Source: Heterodontus francisci (Eukaryota). From it: a DNA stretch of 56,057 nucleotides. Shown here one piece after another: positions 23,890 to 36,556 of the stretch (its first letter is position 1; every line of letters begins with the position of its first letter). The notes under the pieces were generated by a model. That model had not been told where the DNA came from. It ran no database searches and saw only the letters and a program-made list of their open reading frames with translations. Made by a program: the position numbers and the translations under genes. Location of the stretch: the NCBI RefSeq assembly GCF_036365525.1, contig NC_090384.1:56673838-56729894 (forward strand), read 5' to 3'.

Positions 23890-24477
23890 GTGTGCTGGTT
23901 GTTGGTGTTGCATGCGACACTATTAAAACTTCAGATTCCTGATTGGTTGGTTTCTGGAAAGTCTGTGTGTCCTTTTCTGTGTATTTTTAAACACCTTCCT
24001 ATGTTCTGTCAAAAGTTCACTGTTGCCATTGTGCTTGCAGCCACTGCTTCACGTATTGCATGTGGGACAACAGTGATGGGTTGATTGTTATGTCTGCCTG
24101 TCCTGTAGAGAAGGCAGGACCTAGCTGCATTGAAAATGTGCTGGACAAACAATATTTACTCTGTTTTCTTTCTCCTCAATTTTGTTTGTACAGCCTTCTC
24201 AGTGCTCCTAAGTTTGAAACCCTATTCTAGCCCAGCCTCGAAATTTCCTGCTGCCTTGCTGCCAGGATCCCATTTAGGCAGGCTCTTCAGTAGTGGCTGT
24301 ATCTAATTTGAAGCAGGAGTGAACTTGTTTTTATATAGTGGTTTACGAATGCTAACGACATTCAAAAGTGTTTCACAGCCAGTGAATTACTTTACTGTTT
24401 ATCTTTAGCATTCTCCTTCCTATTAGTTTTGATTTTAAAAAATTGATTAACTGGCATTGCTTTCACCAAGTTATTAA

Positions 24478-24646
24478 TTCTTTCATGGGATGTGAGCATC
24501 TCTGGCAAGGCCAGCATTTGTTGCCCATTCCTAATTGCCCTTGAGAAGGTGGTGCTGAGTTGCCGCCTTGAACCACTGCAGTCCATCTGGTGTAGGTACA
24601 TCCACAGTGCTGTTAGGAAGGGCGTTTCAGGTTTTTGACCCAGTGT
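24478..24646 (-). mobile_element. 3' tail of the CR1-group LINE seen at 17612-19962
   Basis: Direct similarity to 17617-17780 (tttcatggga...ggccagcattt...cccttgaga...cacagtgctgttaggaaggg...tttgacccag). Confidence 0.85.
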
Positions 24647-25659
24647 AATATAGGAAAAGCCACACTTTTATAGTAATGCCATTGTAATATGTTATGTGCT
24701 GCTCTTAATTCATCACTTCAAATTACTCCCACAGCATTCAAGTGACAGACTTGCGACCACTGGTACCTGCCCCTACTACCTATATAGTTAAAAGTGCATG
24801 AGCCAAGCTTGAAAGGGCAACGTCGATAATTGAGTTGCTGGGTAATTCTTTTCTGTCACAGTTCGAATGGATGTAACACTCCCAGGCTAATTAGAATGTA
24901 ACAGAGTATCAATATTATATTTTCAAAATATGTCATCTTTTCCTGTGTTTCTATGGCTGTTCCATCAAAGTAACGGAATCCTGCAGAATTTCAAATCAAT
25001 ATAGTATATCATATTTTCGTTAGTTTCACCCTTTCTAGAATGTCTTGCTTTACACCAATAGACTTGCAGCAACAACTGAAGGTGTTTGTATATTGCACAT
25101 GACCAGTGCTACTGCCACTGGGTTTTGTAAGTGTGTGTTTTGTGCAGCTGGCTACAAGACAAATGTAAACCTCAGGGACTCACTAAGACTAGCTGCTGAG
25201 AGATCTTTGTTTAATGGGTCTTCCAGGCTACTGGTCTTGGTGAGTCCTGGTATTCGTGCATTTGATTTGCAACTGACTGTGTGTGACCTTGTTTTGAGAC
25301 TAGCACAATATGAAAAAAATTAACAGTGCAGTTTTAGTACTGCTCTCTTTAAAAAGTTCCAGTGTGACACAGTTGCCAGAGGTGCGGTATAAAGGATTCA
25401 TTAAATAATAGAATGTACGTGGGTTAGGTTAATATGCAATTTGACGAAAGACATATTGGGAATTTGTACTAATGCTGTAACTATTTATTACCATCTGAGG
25501 TTTGTTTATGGCTTTGCTTATGTTTGAGGTGTAGAAGATGTTGGAATCTGATCCGACAAGATTTGCGTTATCAGTGGCAGAATTTTTAATGCTTTAATGA
25601 GTTGTAACTTAAAGCAACTAAATGGCAATAAATCACATTTAGTAAAGTTTCTCTTTTCC

Positions 25660-25920
25660 CTACCTACTTACCGACCTCCCCCCGTCCCGTCTCTGAGGTA
25701 TTGACTCCTTGCTTGGGGTATGGTTCCATTGGAGCGGTTGCCTTCCTTTATCTTACCCATATGGTTATCTGTGAGCCTTGATGGCCAGTGTTGGCAAGCA
25801 GTTTAACCGTGGAGCATTGCAGTGTCCAGACAGGCACTCGCAGCACAGGCTGTTGGATAGTGACCAAAATTGGGTGTCTTGGGCAATTTTTATCCCCTCC
25901 TTTTTTTTTAAAGCTCAGTC
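25660..25920 (-). mobile_element. Old tRNA-derived SINE 3' fragment
   Basis: Similar to 3880-4130 and 51550-51720. Confidence 0.45.
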
Positions 25921-27994
25921 TCATCTAAGCATTACTTTAATTGGGGGAAATGGTTACAAATTTAGATTTTAATGTTCATTTAGAGAATTGATTTCAGCGT
26001 ATTTATATCATAACTGCAGTTGAATGTATTTGAAAAATCTTTTTGTTTAAAAATCAAAGGCAACCAATGGATTGGTCATTGGGGGTGAAATTGGACATGG
26101 GCAAGGACACAAAACATGCAGTTTCACATTTGAGGATGCCTGATATTCAATTCTGTTGAGGCCAATGAAAATTGTGTTTGGACATTTAAAGTAATTAATT
26201 TAAATTGAGAATATAATGGAAACTCCCTTAGGAATCTGTTGCTATCGTAAGGACTGTTGCACGTTTCCTGTGAATGCAAAACCCCCTCGCAGAGCTACAA
26301 TGTGAGACTTGTGGAATGAATTTCATTGTGGCGAACATGTTTGGAATCCCAGGTGAATTTGCAGAAACACACTTAGCCCTTTCGTTCCAGATTGTATAGA
26401 GATTTTTGGAATGAATTTGCTGAAGTATTTTTTGATAAATCTTTTCTCTCTTTCAAGTAAAAATGTCAGACTTATTTTACAACTAATCAGGATGTGAGAG
26501 ACAGGATGATGTGTAGAGAGGTTTTATTGAACACTATTTTGTCTGGAGTTTTTTGATCTTGCTATTGTTTCCTGGCCTCAACATAAAAGCAAAGCTTTTG
26601 AGGTGCAGTTGAGGTTTCTTTTGTATTAGATAAAGACTTGTCCAGAAAACGTAGTTCAGTGGTCGTACTGTAAAATAAGCCTGGAATTTGTTCTGGTAAA
26701 TCTTGGTCAATTGTGAGGGTATTTTGTATAATTTGTATTAATATCATATGAGCACCATTGTCTGTGATTACAACAGTTCTCTGCATTTATTGGCAGTCTG
26801 ATTGTGTGTGTTCACCAGTAAGACAATTCTGGGGTCACACTTATTGGGGGTGAAATTTGATCCCACTTTCAATTTTCCAGGCAGTTAACCGATGCAAAGA
26901 GACCCAATTTAGGGGGCTGACCTCCAAATAGCATCATAAAAATGTCTGATGCCACTTTGCTTTGGATGCTGTAAAGGTGTCCCTAGCGATGGCTTAAAGC
27001 AAGTATTAAGCACCTTGAAAATGCTTATAAGGGGCCGAGTGCCTATTTTAGAACCCAAACCAGCAATCTGTTTATGTTGAACTCAGCAGGTGTCATCAGA
27101 CTTATCAGGTCAACAAGCAGCCTAACCAGCAGTCCTTGAAGGAATGGCTGGAGGGGTAGTTTGAAGGGATGCCAGCAAAAAGGCAAGTTTAAAAAGAATG
27201 CTTAAATGTGGAGCTGAGTGCAGCAGGAGGCTCCACGTTCAAACCGTAGGCAACTGCCAGCCAGTCTCTCCTCCGCTCACAGACTTAAATGTTCAGTTGG
27301 CATCCCATCCGGCCGATCTAGCAGCCCCCTGCGACTGGCGAGCAGTCTGTGGGGCCATCTTGAATGAGGGATGCATCCAAAATGTGAACCATTCTCTTTC
27401 AGTTGCTGACTGGGTGTGAAGTTACAGCATATACTATTTTTATTGTTTATTACAAGCCTTTATATATTTTCTGTCTGATCTGCACTGTTTTTTTCCCTAG
27501 ATTTTACTTTGCTAAAGCACATAATATTTCACTTTTATTTAGTTTTACATTCCATCTACCTGCTTGCTGCCTTTTATTTTTTTTGAAAGAGTATGCTTTG
27601 ACATTTTACTTTCTTTTGTTGAGTAGCAGACTGCAACATGTGAATGATTGATTGGGAGCTTTACACTTTTCTGTTGAAATTAATGCTGCTTGTTACACCT
27701 CTGCCAATTAGGCCAAACCACTGTATTGCTGTAATAGTCAGAAAGTTGTTAGGTTTGGACACTCTGAAGAAACATTCTACACCTGTGGCAGTATGCAGAG
27801 TTGACTGTAATGCTGAACATTTAGGTCAGTATCATTTTTAGTGTCTGTGTGGAATGGAGCATGAATAAAATTGGAACAGTAGCAATCCTTTTACAAGATC
27901 CCCTTGTTTCTCCTCTGAATTGGCCTAGATACACACTGTCTCCAATTAGTTGTAACATCAATAGCTAGAGGGAAAGAACATAAGTCCCACTAAG

Positions 27995-28210
27995 CACTGG
28001 TTCGCCTGGAGTACTGTGTACAATTCTGTTCGTACCACCATGGGGATGTTCTGGCTTTTGTAGAAGATAGAGTAGGGTAAGTAATTGGATAGAAGATATT
28101 AGACAGCTGAGTGACCATGAGAGAATGAAGAAGCTGGGAATATTTACCTTGGAGAAAAGAAGGCTAAGGGGAGATTTTATCAATGCTTTTGAGGTTCTTA
28201 GCAGTGTAAA
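27995..28210 (+). mobile_element. CR1 fragment, old
   Basis: LEYCVQFCS-like segment; ORF 28125 MKKLGIFTLEKRRLRGDFINAFEVL. Confidence 0.8.
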
Positions 28211-29351
28211 TGATAGTAAACATACAAATCAGTCTTGCCCAGGGGAAACTCGAAGCAAATTTGAGTGGTATTTTTTTGGTGAAACAAGCAAGGGATTTGA
28301 GAGGTTATCTTTTGAATTCTGGAGCTGACCTGATGGACAGCAATAGCCATTGTTCAGCCTTGTACGTCTCTCTATTTGAGAAGCCATATTGTAATTTGCC
28401 GTACCTATGAAATACATGGCACCATTACCTCCAGGATTTGGCTCCCTCTGTATACACAATTATGTGATGCAGTGAATACTCCAATTTGACATTTTAATTC
28501 ATACTATTATGCAGATCTCTCTTTGTCTGTTTAGATTCAATTTAAATGCGATAACTCTGGAAATGAATTTTGACCTGTGTTTGTCGATTTATATGTTGCT
28601 AATTCATTTAGTAAATATTGTTTAGAGTCTTTTGTAAAGTTTGTTAAAGATCTCTGGAGGTTGGTGAAAGACACCAAACCTGATCAATGGATGGTGTTCT
28701 TGATTTTTAAAGTGGATAAAAGACTGTTCACCCAGTGATTTGATTTGTTATGTGGGATAAGGCACTCGAGCAGGGTCCAAAGTTCTTGATTTTAATGATT
28801 TTTCTTATATGCCGAGATGTTCTGCTAATGAAGTATGAATGAGCAGAATACTAGCCACGTTGATGATTGTCACTCTATATTACTTTGCAGTAAGTTGAAG
28901 TAGCTTTGTTTATGGTATCTCTTGGATCTGAAGTTGATCAAATTGAATCCTACAATCTGAAATAAACAATTCAAGAGACTTCCTTTTTAGATGTAATACA
29001 ACAAAATCATTCTAAACCCCTTATTGCGATGCAGTACAAAATTATCAGGATATCCACTTTTCACATCATTCAGTTAGCATTTCAATGTTAATTTAATTGC
29101 TTCTGTAAATCCCATGTACAGCTGCAGAATACCACATTCACATTGAAGTGAGTTTGCTACTAAAGTTTAGAATTGCATGTGTAAATCCCCCTAAGGAAAT
29201 GAATTGAATACGGACTTGAAGCAAAATCCACTCCAGCTTCACTGGTGTGTTTACCTGAAGATGTCAGGTGGTAGTTTGGTTCATAAGTGCAACCAAGTGT
29301 GGTTTGTGTTAGATGGGCTCAGTGGTCACACTTGAGCATCTGGTGTGGATA

Positions 29352-31425
29352 AGCATAAGGAAATTATGAAGGTATGAGGGGTAAATTGGCTGAGGTGAAT
29401 TGGGAAAATACATTAAAAGGTATGACATTATATAGTCAATGGATAGTCATTAAAGAAATATTACAAAGATTACAGCAATTATACATTCCTTCAAGGCACA
29501 AACCCCCAAAAGTAAAGGTAGTCAACCGTAGATAATGAAGTTAAAGCTTGTATAAGATTAAACCAAAAGGCTTATAAAGTTGCCAGAAATAGTAGTAAAC
29601 CTGAGGATTGGGAGGATTTTAGAATACAGCAAAGGAGGACGAAGAAACTGATAAAGGGAGAATATAAAAATGGACTATATGTAAAAAGGAAACGTTTGGC
29701 TAAGACAAATGTGGATCCATTACAGGCAGAGTCAGGAGAATTTATCATGGGGAATAGAAAAATGGCAGAGAAGCAAAATTATTACTTTTGTGTTCACTGA
29801 GGAAGATACAAGAAATCTTTCAGAATTAGAGATCCAAGCGATTAGAGAGAATGAAGAATTGAAGGAAATTAGTATTAGTAAGAAGGTTGTATTGGAGAAA
29901 TTAATGGGGCTGAAGGTTGATAAGTCCCCAGGACCTGATATTCTACATCCCAGAGTGTTGAAAGAGGTAGCTATGGAGGTAGTGGATGCATTGGTGATCA
30001 TCTTCCAAAATTCTATGGATTCTGGAATGGTTCCTGCAGATTGGAAGGTAGCAAATATCACCCCACTATTTTCAGAAGGGAGGGAGAGAGAAAACCGGGA
30101 ATTACAGACCTGTTAGCCTTACATCAGTCTTTGGGAAAGTGCTAGATAAATGGACACTTGGATAATAATGATCTGATTGGACATAGTCAACATGAATTTA
30201 TGAATGGGAAATTGTGTTTGATGAACCTGTTGGAGTTTTTTGAGGATGTTACTGACAGAATTGGTAAAGGGGAGAGTCGGTGGCTGTGGTATACTTAGAT
30301 TTTCAAAAGGCTTTTAATAAAGTCCACCACAGGAGGTTGGTTAGCAAAATTAAAGCATATGGGATAGGAGGTAATATACTGGCACGGATTACGGATTGGT
30401 TAACAGGCAGAAAGCGGAGAGTAGGAATAAATGGGTCATTCTCACGTTGGTAGGCTGTGACTAGTGGGGTACCGCAGGGATCAATGCTTGTGCCCAGCTA
30501 TTCAAAATATATATCAATGATTTGGATGTGGGGACCAAATGTAATATTTCCAAGTTCACGGATGACACAAAACTAGGTGGGAATGTGTATGTGAGGAAGA
30601 TGCAAAGCGGCTTCAAGGGGATTTGGAATGACTTAGTGAGTGGGCAAGAATGTGGCAGATGGAATATAATGTGGAAAAATGTGGGGTTATCCGCTTTGGT
30701 AGGAGGAACTGATGTGCAGAGTATTTCTTAAACGGTAAGAGATTAGAAAGTGTAGATGTACAAAGGGACCTTGGTGTCCTTGTCAATAAATCACTAAAAG
30801 CTAACATGCAGATGCAGCAAGCAATTAAGAAGGCTAATGCCTTTATCGCAAGAAGATTTGAGTACAGGAGTAGTGGAGTCTTGCTTCAATTGTATAGAAT
30901 CTTGGTTAGACCGCACCTGGAGTACTGTGTGCAGTTTTGGTCCCCTTTTCTTCGGAAAGATATTATTGCCATAGAGGGAGTGCAACGAAGGTTCACCAGA
31001 CTTGTTCCCAGGATGGCGGGACTGTCTTATGGAGAGTTTGGGGACACTGGGCCTGTATTCTCTAGAGTTTTGAAGAATGAGAGGTGATCTCACTGAAACC
31101 TGCAAACTACTTAAAGGGACAGACAGGGTAGATGCAGGTAAGCTGTTTCCCCGGTTGGGGACACAATTTCAAAATAAAGGGGAAACAACTTAGGACCAAG
31201 ATGAGGAGAAATTTCTTTACGAAGAGGGTTGAGAATCTTTGGAATTCTCTACCCCAGAGGGCTGTGGAAGCTCAGTCATGGCGTATGTTTAAAGTAGAGA
31301 TTGACAGATTTCTAAATACAAATGATATGAGGGTAGTGTGGGAAAAAGGCATTGAAGTGGATGATCAGCCATGATCGTATTGAATGGTGGGGCAGGCTTG
31401 ATGGGCTGAATGGCCTACTCTTATG
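29352..31425 (+). mobile_element. CR1 LINE, about 2.1 kb, 5'-truncated and frameshifted
   Basis: KVDKSPGPDILHPRVLKE, PADWKVANITPLF, SKFTDDTKLGG, LVRPHLEYCVQFWSP, RVENLWNSLPQRAVE; tail gatgggctgaatggcctactc. Confidence 0.95.
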
Positions 31426-31590
31426 GTTATGGGTTCAAACCTCATATTAGGATTTCAGCAACTCATCTAGGCAGACACTTTGGTGTGTGTTGTTGCAGGT
31501 GCCAACATTCAGATGAGACATTAAACTGAGTCTTTGTCTGCACTTTCAGGTGAAAGTAAAAGATGCCATGGCATTATTCAAAGAGTGGGG
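31426..31590 (+). mobile_element. Deu-domain SINE middle part; A-box head probably at about 29315-29345, on the other side of the CR1
   Basis: ggttatgggttcaa...ctaggcagacac...acattaaa...tcaggtg matches 20064-20220; ggctcagtggt at about 29315. Confidence 0.65.
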
Positions 31591-31995
31591 TGTTATGCTA
31601 GTATGCTTTGTTGAAGGATAATTTTCATCCACTGACTGGAGATCTGAATTAATAATTTATTTTTAAAGACTTTTTAAACAGACCAACTAAAAGGATGACT
31701 TTGCTGGCAGCTTAAGATGGCTACCTAATTTGCAACACTGTATCCTACACTGCAGTGCTTGTGAGGAGGAAGACCCATGTCTGCTTGTGCCCCAGCAAGA
31801 ACCAAGACCCAGGAAGTTTAAAGGAACTACCTGTTCTTAGCAAGAGAGAAATACTGCTAGCTGCTAGGTTTGAATGACTGAGTGACTGTCATGTGACAAA
31901 GCCCTTCCCATCTGTGGTTTTAAGCTTGTGCCTTTCTGCAACAGAGAGAGGAGAAGCACCTGGACTGACACGTGTAGACCCAAGTGGAGGTCTCT
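31591..31995 (+). mobile_element. 5' half of an LTR related to 13573-14512 and 37447-38218
   Basis: Starts tgttatgc; gctggcagcttaagatggctacctaatttgca resembles gccagcagctaagacagcctctacaatttgca (minus strand, about 14377-14408). Confidence 0.55.
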
Positions 31996-32062
31996 ATATC
32001 TATATTTATATAGACCACCATATGGTCTATACCATATATACTACCATATATATATATATATA
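31993..32062. repeat. (TA)n-rich junction with a short inverted repeat
   Basis: tatagacca (32009-32017) / tggtctata (32023-32031); accatat three times; TA run up to 32062. Confidence 0.85.
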
Positions 32063-34713
32063 CTGGAGTTGTGTACCTATCACAGTCTCTGCATCACCAA
32101 CTCGTTCTTTCACACTAAACCCTGTCACCAGGTTTCATGGAGGTACCCAAGATCACATTGTTGGCACCAGCTGGACCTCATCATCACAAGGCGAGCCTCT
32201 TTAAACAGCGTTCAAATCACAGTGCGGACTGCGACATCGACCACTCCCTGGTGTGCTGCAAGGTTAGACCCAAACCAAAGAAGCTGCATCACTCCAAGCA
32301 GAAGGGCCACCTGCGCATCAACACTAACAGAATTTCTTATCCACAGCTGTTACATAACTTTCTAAATTCACTTGAAAAAGCCCTTCAAAACACTCCTACA
32401 TGGGATGCAGAGACAAAGTGGGCCCACATCAGAGATGCCATCTATGACTCAGCAATGACCACCTTTGGCAAACGTGGGAAGCAGAATGCAGACTGGTTTC
32501 GATGTCACTTTGAAGAGCTGGAACATGTCATAGCTGCTAAGCGTATTGCACTGTTAAACTACAAGGAAGCCCCCAGCGAGTTAACATCCGCAGCACTGAA
32601 AGTAGCCAGAAGCGCTGCACAAAGAACAGCCAGGCGCTGTGCAAATGCCGACTGGCAACACCTATGCAGTCATATTCAGCTGGCCTCTGACACTGGAAAC
32701 ATCAGAGGAATGTATGATGGCATTAAGAGAGCTTTTGGACCAACCATCAGGAAGATTGCTGCCCCCACCCACCCCCCCCCCCCCCCACCCCCCAAGTCTA
32801 AATCAGGGGACACGATTACTGACCAACGCAAGCAAATTGACCGCTGGGTGGAGCACTACCTAGAACTGTACTCCAGGGAAAATGTTGTCACTGAGACTGC
32901 CCTCAGTGCAGCCCAGTCTCTGCCAGTCATGGATGAGCTGGACGAACAGCCAACAAAATCGGAACTCGGTGATGCCATTGATTCTCTAGCCAGTGGAAAA
33001 GCCTCTGGGAAGGAGGCATTATCCTTGAAATAATCAAGAGTGCCAAGCCTGCTTATACTTTCAACACTCCATGAACTGCTTTGCCTGTGCTGGGATGAGG
33101 GAGCAGTACCACAGGACATGCGCAATGCTAATATCATCGCCCTCTATAAAAACAAAGGTGACTGCAACAACTACCATGGAATCTCCCTGCTCAACACAGT
33201 GGGGAGAGTCTTCGCTTGAGTCGTTTTAAACAGGCTCCAGAAGCTGGCTGAGCATATCTACCCTGAGGCACAGTGTGGCTTTCGAGCAGATAGATCCACC
33301 AGTGATTTGCTGTTCTCCCTTCGTCAGATACAGGAGAGATGCCTCGAACAACAGATGCCCCTCTACGTTGCTTACATTGATCTCACCAAAGCCTTTGACT
33401 TCGTCAGCAGACGTGGTCTCTTCAAACTACTAGCAGAGATTGGATGTCCACCAAAGCTACTAAGTATCATCACCTCATTCCATGACAATATGAAAGGCAC
33501 AATTCAGCATAGCGGCGCCTCATCAGACCCCTTTCCTATCCTGAGTGGCGTGAAACAGGGCTGTGTTCTCGCACCTACACTGTTTGGGATCTTCTCACTG
33601 CTGCTGTCACATGCGTTCAAATCTTCAGAAGAAGGAATTTTCCTCCACACAAGATCAGGTGGTAGGTTGTTCAACCTTGCCCTTCTTAGAGCGAAGACCA
33701 AAGTACGGAAAGTCCTCATCAGGGAACTCCTCTTTGCTGACGATGCTGCATTAACATCTCACACTGAAGAGTGTCTGCAGAGACTCATTGACAGGATTGC
33801 GGCTGCCTGCAACGAATTTGGCCTAACCATCAGCCTCAAGAAAACGAACATCATGGGTTAGGACGTCAGAAATGCTCCATCCTTCAATATCGGTGACCAC
33901 GCTCTGGAAGTGGTTCAAGAGTTCACCTACCTAGGCTCAACTATCACCAGTAACCTGTTTCTTGATGCAGAAATCAACAGGCGCATGGGAAAGTTGTCCG
34001 CTGCTATGTCCAGACTGGCCAAGAGAGTGTGGGAAAATGGCGCACTGCCACAGAACACAAAAGTCCGAGTGTGTCAAGCCTGTGTCCTCAGTACCTTGCT
34101 CTACGCCAGCAAGGCCTGGACAACATATGTCAGCCAAGAGCGACATCTCAATTCGTCCTATCTTCGCTCTATCCGGAGAATCCTTGGCATCATGTGGCGG
34201 GACTGTATCTTCAATGCAGAAGTCCTCGAGGCGGCCAACATCCCCAGCATATACACCCTACTGAGCCAGCGGCGCTTGACCACGTGAGCCGCATGGAAGA
34301 TGGCAGGATCCCCAAGGACACATTGTACAGCAAACTCGTCACTGATATCCGATCCACCGGTCGTCCATGTCTCCACTTTAAAGACGTCTGCAAACGCGAC
34401 ATGAAGTCCTGTGACATTGATCACAAGTTGTGGGAGTCAGTTGTCAGTGATCGCCTGAGCTGGCGGGCAGCCATAAAGGCGGGGCTAAAGAGTGGCGAGT
34501 CGAAGAGACTTAGCCGTTGGCAGGAAAAAAGACAGAAGCGCAAGGAGAGAGCCAACTGTGTAACAACCCCGACAACCAATTTTATCTGCAGCACCTGTGG
34601 AAGATCTGTCGTTCTAGAATTGGCCTTTATAGCCACTCGAGGCGCTGCTTCACAAACCGCTGACCACCTCCAGGTGCTTACCCATTATCTCTCGAGACAA
34701 GGAGGCCAAAGAG
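32063..34713 (+). mobile_element. RTE LINE, same family as 5253-7028, longer but disrupted
   Basis: Endonuclease C-terminus (CITNSFF...WHQLDLIITRR; SADCDIDHSLV), RT nearly identical to the 5310..6878 ORF, with stops and frameshifts (e.g. TAG ending at 33861); same 3' end ctcgagacaaggaggccaaaga. Confidence 0.95.
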
Positions 34714-34929
34714 GACTTCCACCTGTTCCAGATGGCAGGCAGAGTATGCTGCCCGAAAAGACTAGGCTTGCCAGTTCTTCTAAGAACTCCTTTCTTTTAA
34801 GGGTACAGCTGTTCTTTCCAGAGTAAGTTCACATGGTGTGAACAGTAAATTAAACTCCGACTCAAACAATTTTTTACAAAAGTCTGCACCATTAATTTTC
34901 TTTTGAGGGCCATTAATTTTCTTTGTTCA

Positions 34930-35240
34930 GGGCCAGAGAGGATGTTAGGCAGTAATTGCTACTTTATTAGTGTTTCAGAAAACTCACCTACTTCTAAATG
35001 CCCCAGCCTTAACTCTCTCAGCCATCTTTAGTGTGGAACCAGTGGGAAAGTGTCCCAAGTTGACACCATTACAGTTATTTATCAGCGAGGACTGTAACAG
35101 TGCACCTTGAGGAGGAGCAGGGATCTCTCACAGCAGCTTCTAGATTTCACTATTTAACTGCACATGTGTTGATGTTAGAAGTTTCTGTCAGATTTACCCC
35201 ATAATAATGGTGAGTGATGGCTCAGATTTTGCTGTAATAA
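34930..35240. mobile_element. Decayed MITE related to family B
   Basis: gcagcttctagatttc...tttaactgcacatgtg...agaagtttctgtcag resembles 44350-44415 and 49820-49880. Confidence 0.45.
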
Positions 35241-35949
35241 GTGAGCCTATTATGTTACTTTGTTTTCTGTAAAAACACAAATGCATTACGGAGAGCTCAC
35301 AAACTGATTTTTTTTTTCATGATGGCTAAATATAAAAATTGCTTGCGAGACCATCTGCATTTTGAATCCATTTATAGGTGACATAATAGCACATATAATG
35401 ATGATGGCCATCTTGCAATAAAATGGTTGCAAACTGTTCATCTTTGACTAACATTATTACAGCAGAATCCAGGCCATTGTGTTCCACCCTTAACCAATAA
35501 TCTAATCTCTGTTCGTTGCTTGAGTTTGTGCTTCTTGTGTGTTTTGTGGTTGTGTGTTCAAGTAAATTAATTCACCAAAGTAGTTTGAAATGTTAAATGC
35601 TTTATACCCAACTTCTTAATTTTGTACCATAGATTCAAATGGGAGCTGGCTGTTTTTTCATTTTTTTTTTATTGTACGGAGAATTAGCAATTGTTGGTAG
35701 TGGGTGTGAGTGACAATGTCATAAAAGGTTAATAAGAATAGGACTTTGTCTGAAGTTGCATTTTTCCCCTTTGGCCTGCCCACTTGATGCTGAATTGAAC
35801 ATAAAACATTTTGGCTAACTATCTGTATCCTTCAACACTGAAAGAAATGTCTAGTCGGTGAGAATTATTATTTATGATACATTCCAATAGATTTTACAGC
35901 AAGTTAATTTATCAGTCACTTGCAGGACTGGATGAAAATAATGCATTGC

Positions 35950-36275
35950 CTTGAGATGGTTGGGAGTATGTGTCAGAGTTGCACTCAGCAGTTGCAGGCC
36001 TGCTGGTGGCTAGTCAGGTCTATCCGTGACTGGCAGATTCTCCAACAGCGGGTGCAAGTGAAGGTGTCATCACTGCTGGGGCCAAATGGATCTCTCCTCC
36101 TCCTCTTTTCTCTTTTATGCTGGTTCTTCGCTCAGTCTCAAAGGTGTCTGTAGCTCTCCTGATGTAGCATCACGATCTATGGCCTGCGCTTCCCACTGTT
36201 GCTATGGCACGCAGAGAGGGAGTTCTTCAGGGAGTCCTTGAAATGTTTGCATGGGGCCTCTCTGTTCCTTTTTCC
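35950..36275 (-). mobile_element. RTE LINE 3' fragment with zinc finger (third subfamily)
   Basis: Manual translation PCKHFKDSLKNS...WEAQAIDR...IRRATDTFETERR...TFTCTRCWRICQSRIDLTSHQQAC. Confidence 0.8.
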
Positions 36276-36556
36276 TGTGGTTAGCTATCCATACAACGCG
36301 ATCTTGGGCAGGCAACTGTCGTCCTTCAGGGCAATAGTTAATTGGCCAGAAAGACACAAGACTCCTCTTGGTCTGTAAGTTAGCTCTGGTAACGGTGTAA
36401 CTATTAGACTTTGGGTCGGAAGCGGAGGGAAAAATCAGCCACCATTTTTGTTCCTGATTACTGACTAGCGATTTTTCCTGGAACCGCACACATTAGGTTG
36501 TTGGGTAAAGGCTGAGCTCATTTGTGACTTCCTTCTAAAGTCAAATACCCCGAAGA

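Noticed and set aside
25072-25091. Possible 20-nt microexon starting at 25072, and nearby ag|ACTTGCAGCAACAACTGAAG|gtgttt reading
   Set aside because: Weak donor and not frame-preserving
26845-27370. Possible MITE relic starting ggggggtgaaatt-like (similar start near 26081)
   Set aside because: No matching second TIR or TSD found
34029-34826. 265-aa ORF
   Set aside because: Chimera of an off-frame and an in-frame part of the disrupted RTE, reading through into the flank
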